DNA from: Myxococcota bacterium
GTDB lineage: Bacteria > Myxococcota_A > UBA9042 > PHBI01 > JAWLBL01
DNA: 64,000 nt
Reading direction: 5' to 3'
NCBI GenBank assembly: GCA_041687695.1
Contig: JAWLBL010000022.1
Location: 1-64,000 of the forward strand
Shown: piece by piece, positions 41,840 to 52,745 of the stretch
How positions within the stretch are numbered: position 1 is the stretch's first letter
Layout: every line of letters begins with the position of its first letter
Notes under the pieces: model-generated
Databases searched by the model: none
Seen by the model: the letters and a program-made list of their open reading frames with translations, nothing else
What the model was told of the DNA's origin: nothing
Program-made: the position numbers and the translations under genes

Positions 41840-43273
41840 ATGACGGTGAACACATCCGTAGCGTCGGCGGCCGACCGCCGGGGTGTCTGGGGCGAGGTGG
41901 CGCAGGCGGTGCCCGAGCGGGGCGCGCTGGCCGACGCGATGGTGCGCGAGCTGCACGAAGGGCTGACGCTGCTGGGGTCGTTGCCGCCGGCGGTGACGTT
42001 CTTCGGCGGAGCGCGCGTGCGGGCGGGCGACCCGGCCTACGCGGCGGCCGAGCGCATGGGCGAGCTGCTGGCCGCGCGCGACGTGCCGCCGCGGACCGGG
42101 GCGGGGCCGGGCATCATGTCGGCGGTCCCCGAGGGCTTCCGCCGGGCGCGGGCGGCGGCGGGCGACGGGGCCGCGGCGCGGGCGGCGGGCGAGGGTGGGC
42201 CGCCCGAGGGGCCGCAGGGGACCGGGCAGCTGCTGACGCAGGGGTTCAACATCGTGCTGCCGTTCGAGCAGATGGTGAACCCCGCCATCGACGTGTCGCT
42301 CGAGCTGGCGCACTTCCCGACGCGCAAGCTGATGCTGTACGCGAACTGCCTGGGGCTGGTCATCTTCCCGGGCGGGTTCGGGACCCTGGACGAGCTGCTC
42401 GAGGTGTGGCGGCTGGCGCACGCGGGGCGGCTGACGTACCCGTTCGTCCTGTACGGGCGCGAGTTCTGGGGGCCGCTGGGCGAGGGGCTGACCCGGGCGG
42501 CCGAGGCGGTGCCGGCGGCGGGGATCCCGCGCGAGGCGTTCGACCGCCTGCTGCTCACGGACGACGCCGAGCAGGCGATCGCGCATCTGCTCGCGAGCGA
42601 CGCGCCGACCCACGGCGGGCTGGGCGAGCCGCTCGAGGGCCTGGGCCAGCGCATCGCGCACGAGCTGGTCGAGGGGCTGGGGTTCCTCGAGAGCCTGACG
42701 CCGGCGGTCACCGTGCTGGGCGGCTCGCGCCTCGAGGAGGACGCGGCCTGCCTGGGGGCGGCGCGCGAGCTGGCGCGGCTGCTGGCGCGCGAGGGCGTCC
42801 CGACCCGCACCGGCGGCCCCGGCGGGCTGTCGGTGGCGCTGGCGCGAGGCGGCCACCTGGGATCGGCCTATCTGCCGCAGCAGGCCTTCGGCATGCGCCG
42901 CGAGGACGCGCGCAACCTGTACGGCGCCGACCGCGTGCACCTGGTCAACGACCGCCTGACCCACAAGGTGCTGCTGACCGAGAACGCGCGCGCCGTCGTC
43001 GCGCTGCCCGGCGGCCTCGGCACCCTGGACGAGCTGTTCAGCGTCCTGTGTCAGATGCAGACCGGCAAGATCGCCCTGCGGCCGGTCGTGCTGGTCGGCA
43101 CCACCTTCTGGGCGCCGCTGTGGGACGCCCTGCGCGCGACCATGCTGGATGGCCCGCGCCAGACCATCGGCCCGCACGATCTGGCCCTGGTCACGATGAC
43201 CGACGACCCGGCCGAGGCCGCCCGCCTCTGCCTGACCCCGCCCGCGCCGCGTCCGCCCCGAACGTCTCGGTGA
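41840..43273 (+). CDS. LOG family protein with two tandem domains
   Basis: FPGGFGTLDEL and LPGGLGTLDEL; two P.VT..GG.R segments. Confidence 0.85.
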   Translation: MTVNTSVASAADRRGVWGEVAQAVPERGALADAMVRELHEGLTLLGSLPPAVTFFGGARVRAGDPAYAAAERMGELLAARDVPPRTGAGPGIMSAVPEGFRRARAAAGDGAAARAAGEGGPPEGPQGTGQLLTQGFNIVLPFEQMVNPAIDVSLELAHFPTRKLMLYANCLGLVIFPGGFGTLDELLEVWRLAHAGRLTYPFVLYGREFWGPLGEGLTRAAEAVPAAGIPREAFDRLLLTDDAEQAIAHLLASDAPTHGGLGEPLEGLGQRIAHELVEGLGFLESLTPAVTVLGGSRLEEDAACLGAARELARLLAREGVPTRTGGPGGLSVALARGGHLGSAYLPQQAFGMRREDARNLYGADRVHLVNDRLTHKVLLTENARAVVALPGGLGTLDELFSVLCQMQTGKIALRPVVLVGTTFWAPLWDALRATMLDGPRQTIGPHDLALVTMTDDPAEAARLCLTPPAPRPPRTSR

Positions 43274-43307
43274 CGCTCGCCGCGTCCTTCGCCTCGAGGA
43301 GCCCCTC

Positions 43308-43679
43308 ATGGACAAGCCCAAGCCCGGCACCATCGGCTGGCACGACCTGACCGTCCCCAACGCCGACGAGGTCCGCGACTTCTACGCCAAGGTCGCCAAC
43401 TGGACCTTCGAGGGCCTGAGCATGGGCGACTACGAGGACTACGTCATGAAGACGGACGGCGGCGACGTCGTGGGCGGCGTCTGTCACCGCCGCGGTCCCA
43501 ACGCCGACCTGCCGCCCATCTGGATGATGTACATCGTCGTCGAGGACATGGAGGCCAGCCTGAGGGCCGTCCGCGAGGGCGGCGGCGAGGTCCTGCGCGA
43601 CACCCGCAACGGCCCCGCCGGCATGGTCGTCATCAAGGACCCCGCCGGCGCCGTCTGCGCCCTGTACCAGGCCGAGTAG
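43308..43679 (+). CDS. VOC/glyoxalase family protein
   Basis: GTIGWHDLTV..FYAKV..W, WMMYIVV, IKDPAGA. Confidence 0.9.
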   Translation: MDKPKPGTIGWHDLTVPNADEVRDFYAKVANWTFEGLSMGDYEDYVMKTDGGDVVGGVCHRRGPNADLPPIWMMYIVVEDMEASLRAVREGGGEVLRDTRNGPAGMVVIKDPAGAVCALYQAE

Positions 43680-43707
43680 CGTCCGTCCTGGCCGGGAGCC
43701 CGGCGAC

Positions 43708-43733
43708 CTGGGATCGCCGGCTTCCAGCCGGCC
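43708..43733 (-). repeat. REP element upstream of the RAYT, inverted relative to the downstream array
   Basis: CTGGGATCGCCGGCTTCCAGCCGGCC. Confidence 0.85.
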
Positions 43734-43740
43734 GAGTCCG

Positions 43741-44328
43741 CACAAGGCTTGGTTCTCGCGCGACTACCTGCCGCACCTCGACGTTCCGGGTCTCGTCCAA
43801 TCCATCACGTTCCGACTCGCTGATTCACTGCCCCGCGCCTTGGTTCGACAGCTCGAGTCGAAGCTGAGCCATGTGCCCCCGGATGAGCGAGCCCGTGAAC
43901 AACAGGACCGCCTTCAAGCGCTTCTGGATCGCGGCTACGGTGAGTGCCATCTCAGCGACGCTCGCGTCGCGTCCGTCGTCGAGGACGCGCTGCTCCACTT
44001 CGACGGCCGACGCTACCGGCTCATGGCCTGGTGCATCATGCCGAACCACGTGCATGCGGTGATGGAAAGGATGCAAGGTCATGCGCTGCATGCGGTGGTG
44101 CACTCGTGGAAGTCGTTCACCGCGACCGCGGCGAACCGGCTGCTGGGGCGGTCGGGGCCGTTCTGGATGCGCGAGTACCACGACCGGTATGTCCGGGATC
44201 TCGGGCATCTGGAGGCGGTCAAACGCTACGTCGAGGACAATCCGGTCGCTGCGGGGCTGGTGTCGGAGTCCTGGGAGTGGAGGTGGAGCAGCGCTTGGAG
44301 GGGCCGCTCGAAGGAGCGGTCAGACTGA
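43741..44328 (+). mobile_element. REP-associated tyrosine transposase (RAYT, Y1/IS200 superfamily); start uncertain
   Basis: WFSRDYLPH..ITFRLADSLP, CIMPNHVH (HUH), WKSFTA, FW.REY.DR..R, YVEDNP..AGL, W.WSS. Confidence 0.9.
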
Positions 44329-44343
44329 ATCCGTCCAAGAGGA

Positions 44344-44730
44344 GGGCGGGGTTGCTGGCCGGCTGGAAGCCGGCGATCCCAGGGGGCCGGACGCGGGGAT
44401 GGGCGGGGTTGCTGGCCGGCTGGAAGCCGGCGATCCCAGGGGGCCGGACGCGGGGATGGGCGGGGTTGCTGGCCGGCTGGAAGCCGGCGATCCCAGGGAG
44501 GCCGGACGCGGGGACGGGCGGGGTTGCTGGCCGGATGGAAGCCGGCGATTCCAGGGAGGCCGGACGCGGGGATGGGCGGAGCTGCTGGCCGGCTGGAAGC
44601 CGGCGATCCCAGGGAGGCCGGACGCGGGGTTGGACGGGGTTGCAGGCCGGCTGGAAGCCGGCGATCCCAGGGAGGCCGGACGCGGAGAGGGGCGGAGCTG
44701 CAGGCCGGCTGGGAGGCGGCGCTGCCAGGG
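44344..44730 (+). repeat. Tandem REP array, six 57-58-bp units plus one degenerate unit
   Basis: Each unit contains GGCCGGCTGGAAGCCGGCGATCCCAG or a near copy. Confidence 0.95.
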
Positions 44731-44924
44731 GGGGCGGTGGGATGCCGCCGGTGGGAGGGGCCGGACGTGGGGCGCGGTTATGGGGGCGGTGGCTTGCCGC
44801 AGTGTCGGGGGCGAAGTAGAGCTGGCGCACTTCGAGACCGAGAGGTGAGCAATGGGCGCGGGGCGGTCCCGGGACCCGGGCGCCTCGGTGCGTGCGCGGC
44901 GGGGCCGCGGGGCAGGAGCAGTTC

Positions 44925-45773
44925 ATGCAGGCCGAACGGACGGTGCTGGTGACGGGCGCGACCGGGCAGCAGGGCGGCGCGGTGGCGCGGGCGTTGGTTG
45001 GACAGGGGCTGGCGCTGCGGGCGCTGACGCGGCACCCCGAGTCGGACAAGGCGAGGGCGCTGGCGGCGCAGGGCATCGAGGTCGTGCGGGGCGACATGGA
45101 TGACGCGGCGTCGCTGCGGCAGGCCCTGCAGGGGGTGTGGGGCATCTTCGCCGTCCAGAACACCTGGGAGGCCGGCGTCGAGCGCGAGGAGGAGCAGGGC
45201 AAGCGCCTGGCCGTGGTCGCGCGCGAGGCGGGCGTCGAGCACTTCGTGTACTCGTCGGTCGGCTCGGCCGAGCGGGACACCGGCATCCCGCACTTCGACA
45301 ACAAGCACCGGGTCGAGCAGAAGCTCCGCGCGCTGGGCTTCGCGTCGCACGTCATCCTCAGGCCCGTGTTCTTCATGGAGAACCTGGTCTCGCCTTGGTT
45401 TCTGAACGGCGACCAGCTGGTCTCGGCGCTGGACCCGGTGACCCGGGTGCAGATGGTCGCGGTCCAGGACATCGGCCGGATCGGCGCGCAGGCGTTCTTG
45501 CAGGCCGACGCGATGAACCGCGCCGAGATCGAGCTGGCCGGCGACGCCGCGACGATGCCCGAGGCGGCCGCCGTGCTGTCGCGGGCGCTCGGCCGCAAGA
45601 TCGAGTACGCGCGGATCCCGATGGACGCGATCCGTAAGAACAGCGAGGACTTCGCGCTGATGCTCGAGTGGTTCGAGCGGGACGGCTACGCGGCCGACAT
45701 CGGGGCGCTCGATCGGCGCTTCGGGCCGATGACGCGCCTGACGGAGTGGGCGCGCGGGCTGCCGCGCGCCTGA
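44925..45773 (+). CDS. NmrA-like NAD(P)-binding protein
   Basis: VTGATGQQGG, HFVYSSV, PHFDNK, LRPVFFMEN. Confidence 0.92.
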   Translation: MQAERTVLVTGATGQQGGAVARALVGQGLALRALTRHPESDKARALAAQGIEVVRGDMDDAASLRQALQGVWGIFAVQNTWEAGVEREEEQGKRLAVVAREAGVEHFVYSSVGSAERDTGIPHFDNKHRVEQKLRALGFASHVILRPVFFMENLVSPWFLNGDQLVSALDPVTRVQMVAVQDIGRIGAQAFLQADAMNRAEIELAGDAATMPEAAAVLSRALGRKIEYARIPMDAIRKNSEDFALMLEWFERDGYAADIGALDRRFGPMTRLTEWARGLPRA

Positions 45774-45808
45774 GGGGCGGCTCACCGGTCGACCGCGGCC
45801 GCGGGCGC

Positions 45809-47287
45809 TCAGGCGAGCGGCGCCCCGGCCGCGGCCAGGCAGGCGGCGAGGCGGCCGACGTGGGCGGGGAGCTCGGAGGCGGGCGTGGCGGCGAAGCCCA
45901 GGATCAGGCCGGGCCGGACGTGCGCGGGCGCTGCGTAGTAGGTCGACAGCGGGGCGGGGGCGAGGCCCGCCTTGGCGGCGCGTCGGACGAGGGCGAGGTC
46001 GTCGACGCCGGGCGGCAGGTAGACGACCTGGTTGACGCCGGCGTCGCTGGGGGCGAGCGGGTGGTCTGGGAGGTGGGCGGCGAGGGCGGCGTGGAGGGCG
46101 CCGCGCCGCTCGGTGTACAGGGCGCGGAGGCGGCGGAGGTGGGCCTCGTAGTGGCCCTCGGCCATGAAGTCGGCGAGGGCGGCCTGGGCGACGGAGGAGG
46201 GGTGGGTGTCGGCCAGCCGGCGGGCGGCCAGGAAGGCGTCGAGCAGCCGGTCGGGGACGACCAGATAACCCAGGCGCAGGGAGGCGAAGGTCGCGCGGGA
46301 GAAGGTGCCGGCGTACAGGGTGCGGCCGTCGGGGTCGAGGCTCTGGAGCGAGGCCAGCGGGCGGCCGGCGTAGCGGAAGTCGGCGTCGTAGTCGTCCTCG
46401 AGCAGCCAGGCGTCGCGGCGGCGGGCCCAGTCGAGCAGGGCCAGGCGGCGATCGAGCGGCAGGGTCATGCCGAGCGGGAACTGGTGCGAGGGCGTCACGC
46501 AGGCGAGGCGGGCGTCTTCCGGGACGGCGCCGGCGGCTGCGAGGTCGAAGCCGTGGGCGTCGACCGGGATGGGCAGCGGGCGGGCGCCGGCGAAGGCGAG
46601 GGCGTCGTGCAGGCCGTGGTAGCCGGGGTCCTCGACGAGGGCGACGTCGCCAGGGTCGAGCAGGACGCGAGCGACGAGGTCGAGCGCTTGCTGGGAGCCC
46701 GAGACGATGAGGACCTGGTCGGGCGTGGCGCGGACGGCGCGGGTGGACGCGAGGAAGGCGGCGACCTGCGCGCGCAGGGCCGGGAGGCCGGCGGGCGGCA
46801 GCGCGGAGGTCAGGGCGCGCCCCGGGCGGCGCCAGCGTTGGCCGATGAGGCGGCCCCACAGGTGGAACGGGAAGGCGTCGACGGCGAGGGCGCCGGGGGC
46901 GAGCGGGCCCTGGGCGCGGTGCGGGCGGACGGGGAGGCTGGTCAGCCAGGCGGCGCGCTGGCTCAGGCGCGGGGCGGCGGCGACGGGGGCGGGCTCGCGC
47001 GGGCCGAGCAGGGCCTGCGGCAGCTCGGCGACGCGGGTGGCCGAGCCGGACGTGGCGACGAGGTACCCTTCGGCGGTCAGCTGGTCGTAGGCGGCGAGCA
47101 CCGTGTTGCGCGACACGCCCAGGGCGGCCGCGAGGGCGCGCGTCGAAGGGACGGCGGTGTCGGGGGCGAGGCGGCCGGCGAGCACGGCCTCGCGCAGCTG
47201 CGCGACGAGCTGGCGCTGGAGCGGCTCGTGGGAGCTGCGGTCGAGGGACGGGAGCGAGACGGGGAGGGGCGGTCTGCGGCGTGACAT
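45809..47287 (-). CDS. MocR/GabR family PLP-dependent transcriptional regulator
   Basis: GntR HTH PSTRALA..LGVSRNTV; TPSHQFPLG; EDDYD. Confidence 0.93.
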   Translation of the reverse strand: MSRRRPPLPVSLPSLDRSSHEPLQRQLVAQLREAVLAGRLAPDTAVPSTRALAAALGVSRNTVLAAYDQLTAEGYLVATSGSATRVAELPQALLGPREPAPVAAAPRLSQRAAWLTSLPVRPHRAQGPLAPGALAVDAFPFHLWGRLIGQRWRRPGRALTSALPPAGLPALRAQVAAFLASTRAVRATPDQVLIVSGSQQALDLVARVLLDPGDVALVEDPGYHGLHDALAFAGARPLPIPVDAHGFDLAAAGAVPEDARLACVTPSHQFPLGMTLPLDRRLALLDWARRRDAWLLEDDYDADFRYAGRPLASLQSLDPDGRTLYAGTFSRATFASLRLGYLVVPDRLLDAFLAARRLADTHPSSVAQAALADFMAEGHYEAHLRRLRALYTERRGALHAALAAHLPDHPLAPSDAGVNQVVYLPPGVDDLALVRRAAKAGLAPAPLSTYYAAPAHVRPGLILGFAATPASELPAHVGRLAACLAAAGAPLA

Positions 47288-47382
47288 GGACGGGTCATAC
47301 TGGATCCATCGATTCGCCGAAAGTGGCGCTTTCGTTGGGTCCGGTCGGCGGCGACGATGGGGGCTCGCGAAGGAGGCGAGCC

Positions 47383-48015
47383 ATGAACGGGACCCCACCG
47401 AGCCCAAGAGCCACCGTGCGGCGCGTGCCGCAGCGGGCCGACTACGACTTCGAGGCCATCGCGGCCATCCTGGACGAGGCCTGGGTGGCCCACGTGGGGA
47501 TGGCGGCGGACGGGCAGCCCTTCGTGCTGCCGATGGCCTGCTGGCGCGAGGGCGACCGCCTGCTGCTGCACGGCGCCACCTCGAGCCGCTTGATGCGGCA
47601 CCTGGCGAGCGGCGCGCCGATGTGCGTGGCGGTGACCCTGCTCGACGGGCTGGTGCTGGCGCGCTCGGCGTTCCATCACTCGATGAACTACCGCTCGGTG
47701 GTCGTCCTCGGGCGCGCCGAGCCGCTGGAGGGCGCCGCGAAGGCCGCGGCGCTCGACGCCTTCGTGGAGCGGGTCGAGCCGGGGCGGTCGGGGCGCGTGC
47801 GCCGATCGAGCGCGCAGGAGCTGAAGGCGACGATGGTGCTGGCGGTGCCGCTCGCCGAGGCGTCGGCCAAGGTCCGGACGGGCGGACCCAAGGACGACGC
47901 CGAAGACCTGGGCCGGCCGGTCTGGGCCGGGGTCGTGCCCATCCGCGAGGTGCGCGGTGAGCCGGTGGAGGACGAGCCCAAGGAGCGGCCGGGCGCGGGC
48001 GGGCTGGCGCGATGA
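47383..48015 (+). CDS. Pyridoxamine 5'-phosphate oxidase-like flavin-binding protein
   Basis: RBS AGGAGG; DGLVLARSAFHHSMNYRSVV; WAGVVP. Confidence 0.9.
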   Translation: MNGTPPSPRATVRRVPQRADYDFEAIAAILDEAWVAHVGMAADGQPFVLPMACWREGDRLLLHGATSSRLMRHLASGAPMCVAVTLLDGLVLARSAFHHSMNYRSVVVLGRAEPLEGAAKAAALDAFVERVEPGRSGRVRRSSAQELKATMVLAVPLAEASAKVRTGGPKDDAEDLGRPVWAGVVPIREVRGEPVEDEPKERPGAGGLAR

Positions 48016-48018
48016 GGC

Positions 48019-48053
48019 GAGCCGGCGTCCCGTGGTCGGCGGGACGCCGGCTC
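48019..48053. terminator. Perfect 14-bp hairpin between convergent genes
   Basis: GAGCCGGCGTCCCG-N7-CGGGACGCCGGCTC; no U-tract. Confidence 0.55.
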
Positions 48054-48060
48054 TCACCGG

Positions 48061-48636
48061 TCAGGGCGCGGCGGCGGTGACGCGCTCGCCCTGGGGGGCC
48101 TTGGGGTTGGCCGGGGTCGTGCCCTGCAGGGTCACGACGTAGGCCGAGACGGCCTGGACTTCGGCCGGCTTGAGCTGGTCCTTCCAGGCGAGCATGCCCT
48201 TGTCGGGGACGCCGACGTTCACGATGTGCAGGACCTCGGCCACCGAGCCGTCGCCGTGCAGCCAGAACTCGTCGGTCAGGTTGGGGCCGACCAGGCCGCC
48301 GCCGTCGGGGCCGTGGCAGTTGGCGCAGCGCGAGTCGTACAGGCCCTTGCCCTCGGCGACCACCGCCGCGTCCTGGGTCAGGGCCTGCAGCTCCTCGGGC
48401 GACAGCTTCGGCGCCTCCTTGGCCGGGCCGTAGGCCGCCATCTCCTTGGCGTACTCGTCCTGCGGCAGGTCGCCCGGCCCCCAGTGCATGTAGGGGATGT
48501 AGACGACGGTCCAGGCGATGGTCAGGTAGAACAGCCAGACCCACCACCGGGGCAGGGGGTTGTCGTACTCGGCGATGCCGTCGAAGACGTGCTCACGGAC
48601 CTCGTCGGTCACCTGGTGCTTGGTCGCGTCAGCCAT
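48061..48636 (-). CDS. ccoP: cbb3 oxidase subunit III (monoheme)
   Basis: H.FDGI.EYDNPLP.WW; CANCHG; GPNLTD.FW.HG. Confidence 0.92.
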   Translation of the reverse strand: MADATKHQVTDEVREHVFDGIAEYDNPLPRWWVWLFYLTIAWTVVYIPYMHWGPGDLPQDEYAKEMAAYGPAKEAPKLSPEELQALTQDAAVVAEGKGLYDSRCANCHGPDGGGLVGPNLTDEFWLHGDGSVAEVLHIVNVGVPDKGMLAWKDQLKPAEVQAVSAYVVTLQGTTPANPKAPQGERVTAAAP

Positions 48637-48856
48637 GGTTGCACTCCTTACCGGACGAGGGGGCCTCCGGGCCGGGGCGGCCCGTGGCGTCGTCGAACAC
48701 GAGGCGGCTCCGGTCGGCGTAGATCTCGCGGGCGCCCCGCCGGCAGATCCACAGGACCGCCCCGGCGAACATGGCGACGAACAGGACCACGGTGACCAGC
48801 GGGAAGAGCAGCAGATCGGTGCGGCTCAGGGTCTCACTCATCATCGATGCGAGCAT
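48629..48856 (-). CDS. ccoQ: cbb3 oxidase small subunit CcoQ-like
   Basis: Single transmembrane helix between ccoNO and ccoP. Confidence 0.7.
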   Translation of the reverse strand: MLASMMSETLSRTDLLLFPLVTVVLFVAMFAGAVLWICRRGAREIYADRSRLVFDDATGRPGPEAPSSGKECNHG

Positions 48857-48868
48857 GGTGACCTCCCT

Positions 48869-51118
48869 CTACTCGAGGCTCGCGTGGGTGTCGGCCGCCT
48901 TGCCGGGCGCGGCCGGATCGGCCGGGGTCGGCTCCTTGCCGATGTCCGTCCCGAGGCGCTGCAGGTAGGCGATGAGCGCCACGATCTTCTTGTCCGACAC
49001 GTCGGGCAGGCCCTGCGCCTTCAAGCCCTCGGCGATCTTCAGGGCCTGGCCCCACGCGAGGGTCTCGGCGTCCGCGATCTCCTGGTCGGAGTAGGGCGCG
49101 CCCAGCGTGCGCAGCGCGGTCATCTTCGACTGGAGGAGATCGAGGTCCAGCCCGTCCTCGAAGAGCCACGGGTAGGACGGCATGATGGACCCCGCCGACA
49201 TGCTGCGGGGATCGAGCATGTGGTGGTAGTGCCAGGAGTCCGAGTATTTGCCACCGACGCGGTGCAGATCCGGGCCGATTCGGCGCGAACCCCACTGGAA
49301 GGGGCGGTCGTAGATGAACTCGCCGGCCTCGGAGGGGCGGCCGAAGCGCAGGGTCTCGTCGCGGAAGGGGCGGACCATCTGCGAGTGGCAGGTGTAGCAG
49401 CCCTCGGCGACGTAGATGTCGCGGCCCTCGAGCTCGAGCGGCGTGTACGGTTTGACCGAGGCGATGGTCGGCACGTTCTTCTCGATGAGCATGCTCGGGA
49501 TGATCTCGAAGGCGCCGCCGATGGCCACCGCGATGGTGGTGTAGACCGTGAAGCGGATGGGCCGGCGCTCGAGGAGGTCGTGCCAGAAGCCCTTGGCCGT
49601 GGCCGGGGGCAGGTCGACGCCGGCGACGGCGGTGGCCGGCAGGGGACGGGCCTCGGGCAGCAGCGGCGGGGCGCTGGCCTGCTCGTCGCGCATGTCGCCC
49701 TTGCCGCCGGCCGTCTTGACCAGGTTGACGATCATCAGGATGACGCCCGTGAGGTACAGCGCCCCGCCGACCGCGCGGACCCAGTACATCGGGATGATGG
49801 CGGCGACGGTCTCCTCCCAGTTGCGGTAGACCAGGGCGCCGTCGGCGTCGAGCTCCTTGAGCATCAGGCCCTGGGTGACGCCCGCGACCCACATCGACAG
49901 GGTGTACAGGCCGATGCCGGTCAGGCCGAACCAGAAGTGGGTGGAGGCCAGCTTGGTCGAGTACAGCTTGGTGCGATAAAGGCGCGGGAACAGCCAGTAG
50001 ATCATGCCGAAGGCGAAGAAGCCGTTCCAGCCGAGGACGCCCGAGTGCACGTGGCCGATGGTCCAGTCGGTGTAGTGCGACAGCGCGTTGACCGACTTGA
50101 TGCTGAGCAGCGGGCCCTCGAAGGTGGCCATGCCGTAGAAGGTGATGGCGACCACGAAGAACTTCACGACCGGGTCGGTGCGCAGCTTGTCCCAGGCGCC
50201 GCGCAGGGTCAGCAGGCCGTTGATCATGCCACCCCAGCTGGGGGCGACGAGCATGACCGAGAAGACCATGCCGAGGGTCTGCGCCCAGTCGGGCAGCGCG
50301 GTGTAGAGCAGGTGGTGCGGGCCGGCCCAGATGTACAGGAAGATGAGCGACCAGAAGTGCACGATGGACAGGCGATAGCTGTACACCGGGCGCCCGGCGG
50401 CCTTGGGCATGAAGTAGTACATCAGGCCCAGGATGGGGGTCGTCAGGAAGAAGGCGACGGCGTTGTGGCCGTACCACCACTGGACCAGCGCGTCCTGAAC
50501 GCCCGCGTAGGCCGAGTAGCTCTTGAACCAGTCGACCGGCAGGGCCAGCGAGTTGACGATGTGCAGCAGCGCGACCGTGACGATGGACGCGATGTAGAAC
50601 CACAGGGCCACGTACAGGTGGCGCTCGCGGCGCTTGGCGATGGTGCCGAAGAAGTTGACCGCGAAGACGACCCAGATGGCGGCGATGGCCAGATCGATGG
50701 GCCACTCGAGCTCGGCATATTCCTTACTGGAGGTGATGCCGAACGGCAGCGTCAGCGCGGCCGAGACGATGATGGCCTGCCAGCCCCAGAAGTGGATCCT
50801 CGACAGCTTGTCGCTGTACATGCGCGCCTTGAGCAGGCGCTGCGTCGAGTAGTACATGCCGGCGAACATGCTGTTGCCGACGAAGGCGAAGATGGCCGCG
50901 TTCGTGTGCAGCGGACGCAGGCGGCCGAAGGTGATCCAGGGCAGATCGAAGTTGAGCTTGTGCGCCGCCAGCTCGAGCGCGAGCCACAGGCCCGCGAGCA
51001 TGGCGACGGCGCCCCACACGACGGTGGCGATGAGGAAGTGCCTCACCGTCTTGTCGTCGTAGTGGAAGGTCTCGAGCTGTTCCTGTCGGGTCACGACAGG
51101 TTCGGCGGCGGGTTTCAT
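48869..51118 (-). CDS. ccoN: Fused cbb3 oxidase subunit I/II (CcoN-CcoO)
   Basis: [28 protein letters not shown]-terminal [21 protein letters not shown]. Confidence 0.97.
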   Translation of the reverse strand: MKPAAEPVVTRQEQLETFHYDDKTVRHFLIATVVWGAVAMLAGLWLALELAAHKLNFDLPWITFGRLRPLHTNAAIFAFVGNSMFAGMYYSTQRLLKARMYSDKLSRIHFWGWQAIIVSAALTLPFGITSSKEYAELEWPIDLAIAAIWVVFAVNFFGTIAKRRERHLYVALWFYIASIVTVALLHIVNSLALPVDWFKSYSAYAGVQDALVQWWYGHNAVAFFLTTPILGLMYYFMPKAAGRPVYSYRLSIVHFWSLIFLYIWAGPHHLLYTALPDWAQTLGMVFSVMLVAPSWGGMINGLLTLRGAWDKLRTDPVVKFFVVAITFYGMATFEGPLLSIKSVNALSHYTDWTIGHVHSGVLGWNGFFAFGMIYWLFPRLYRTKLYSTKLASTHFWFGLTGIGLYTLSMWVAGVTQGLMLKELDADGALVYRNWEETVAAIIPMYWVRAVGGALYLTGVILMIVNLVKTAGGKGDMRDEQASAPPLLPEARPLPATAVAGVDLPPATAKGFWHDLLERRPIRFTVYTTIAVAIGGAFEIIPSMLIEKNVPTIASVKPYTPLELEGRDIYVAEGCYTCHSQMVRPFRDETLRFGRPSEAGEFIYDRPFQWGSRRIGPDLHRVGGKYSDSWHYHHMLDPRSMSAGSIMPSYPWLFEDGLDLDLLQSKMTALRTLGAPYSDQEIADAETLAWGQALKIAEGLKAQGLPDVSDKKIVALIAYLQRLGTDIGKEPTPADPAAPGKAADTHASLE

Positions 51119-51336
51119 CGTGAGCGCTCCTGGGGGTGCCGGGGACGGGAGGGGAGGGGACGGGAAGCGGTAGGTGCGCCGAGCCGCGGGTCGGCGTCGG
51201 CGTCGTCGAAGAGGATCCGGACCGGGGGCGTGTCGAGGTCGTCCATCTGGCCGCTGCGCAGCGCCCAGCGGAACGCGGCGATGGCCGCCGCCGTGACGAG
51301 CACGGACAGCGGGACGAGGAAGAAGAGCGCTTCCAT
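51115..51336 (-). CDS. ccoS: cbb3 oxidase maturation protein CcoS
   Basis: LVPLS..F.WA..SGQ.DDLD.P..RILFDD. Confidence 0.9.
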   Translation of the reverse strand: MEALFFLVPLSVLVTAAAIAAFRWALRSGQMDDLDTPPVRILFDDADADPRLGAPTASRPLPSRPRHPQERSR

Positions 51337-51338
51337 GG

Positions 51339-52745
51339 TCAGACGGTCCTCGAGAAGGTCGGGCGGGCGGCGGGGCGCTCGCGCAGGTGACGGTCGAAGG
51401 CCATGGCGACCACCCGGACGAACAGCTTGCCGATGGGCGTGACCGTGAGGCCCTCGGGGGTGCGCGTGACCAGGCCGTCGGCCTCGAGGGGCGCGAGCTG
51501 GGCCAGCTCGGGGGCGAAGTCGCGCGCGAGGGACAGGCCGAAGCGGGCCACGAGGTCGGCCTCGCGGACCCGGAAGTTGCACATCAGCTCGGCGATGACG
51601 AAGCGGCGCGCCTCGTCGTCGGCCGACCGGACGAAGCCGCGCTCGACGGGCAGGCGGCCGGCGTCGATGGCCTTGTAGTAGTCCTTGAGATCCTTGGCGT
51701 TCTGGAAGAAGCCGCCGCCGACGTCGCCGATGCTGGTCAGGCCCAGGCCGACCGTCTCGAGCTCGCCGAACTCGCCGGCGACGGCGGCGGGCCGGACCGT
51801 GTAGCCCTGGAAGTTGCGGTACAGCGTGCCCTCGCGCTGGGCGATGGCGATCTCGTCGTCGGGCCGCGCGAAGTGGTCCATGCCGATGCCGACGTAGCCG
51901 GCCTCGAGGAAGGCCTCGCGCGAGTCGCGGAAGATGCCGAGCTTCTCGTCGCCCTGCGGCAGGGTCGCCGGGTCGATGGCCTCCTGCTGGCGGCGCAGCC
52001 AGGGGACGTGGGCGAAGCTGTAGAGGGCGACGCGGTCGGGCTGGAGGGCCAGCGTCTCACGGACCGTTTGCGCGAAGCCGCGTCGCGTCTGGTGGGGCAG
52101 CCCGTAGATGAGGTCGACGTTGACGCTGTCGAACTCGGCCTCGCGGGCGGCCTCGACCAGCGCGCGCACCATGGCGACCGGCTGGATGCGCCGGACGGCC
52201 TCCTGCACGCGCGGATCGAAGTCCTGGATGCCCATGGACAGGCGGGTGAACCCGAGGGCGCGCAGGGCGCGGACCTGCTCGGGCGTGCCGTGGCGGGGGT
52301 CTATCTCGATGGCCACCTCGGCGCCCGGCTCGAAGGTGAACCGGCGGCGCAGGGCGTCCATCAGCTGGGTGAGCTGGTCGATGCCGTAGTAGTTGGGCGT
52401 GCCGCCGCCGAGGTGCAGCTGGGCGAGCCGCGTGCGCTCGCCGAGGCGGTCGGCGACGAGATCGACCTCGCGCAGCAGGCGGCGCAGGTAGGCCTCGAGC
52501 TTGCCCGCGCTGCGCGTGATGATGACGTTGCAGCCGCAGTAGGTGCACAGGCTCTCGCAAAAGGGCATGTGGACGTACAGGCTGATGGGCGACGCGCGGC
52601 GGCTGGCGCGGTCGAGGGCGGCCTCGTAGTCGGCCGCGGCGACGGGGCCGAAGCGGTCCGCGGTCGGGTAGCTGGTGTACCGCGGGCCGGGGCGGTCGTG
52701 GCGCGCCACCAGGAGGGGGTTGGGTTCCAGGGATATCGCCGACAT
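51339..52745 (-). CDS. hemN: Oxygen-independent coproporphyrinogen III oxidase
   Basis: [36 protein letters not shown]. Confidence 0.96.
   Translation of the reverse strand: MSAISLEPNPLLVARHDRPGPRYTSYPTADRFGPVAAADYEAALDRASRRASPISLYVHMPFCESLCTYCGCNVIITRSAGKLEAYLRRLLREVDLVADRLGERTRLAQLHLGGGTPNYYGIDQLTQLMDALRRRFTFEPGAEVAIEIDPRHGTPEQVRALRALGFTRLSMGIQDFDPRVQEAVRRIQPVAMVRALVEAAREAEFDSVNVDLIYGLPHQTRRGFAQTVRETLALQPDRVALYSFAHVPWLRRQQEAIDPATLPQGDEKLGIFRDSREAFLEAGYVGIGMDHFARPDDEIAIAQREGTLYRNFQGYTVRPAAVAGEFGELETVGLGLTSIGDVGGGFFQNAKDLKDYYKAIDAGRLPVERGFVRSADDEARRFVIAELMCNFRVREADLVARFGLSLARDFAPELAQLAPLEADGLVTRTPEGLTVTPIGKLFVRVVAMAFDRHLRERPAARPTFSRTV

Noticed and set aside
44344..44730. CRISPR array, or coding repeats in ORFs 43944-44819 and 44081-44848
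   Set aside because: Spacers are near-identical and units are REPs next to a RAYT; the ORFs are translations of the repeat
48869..51118. ccoN-ccoO fusion as a novelty
   Set aside because: The fused form is already known in several phyla
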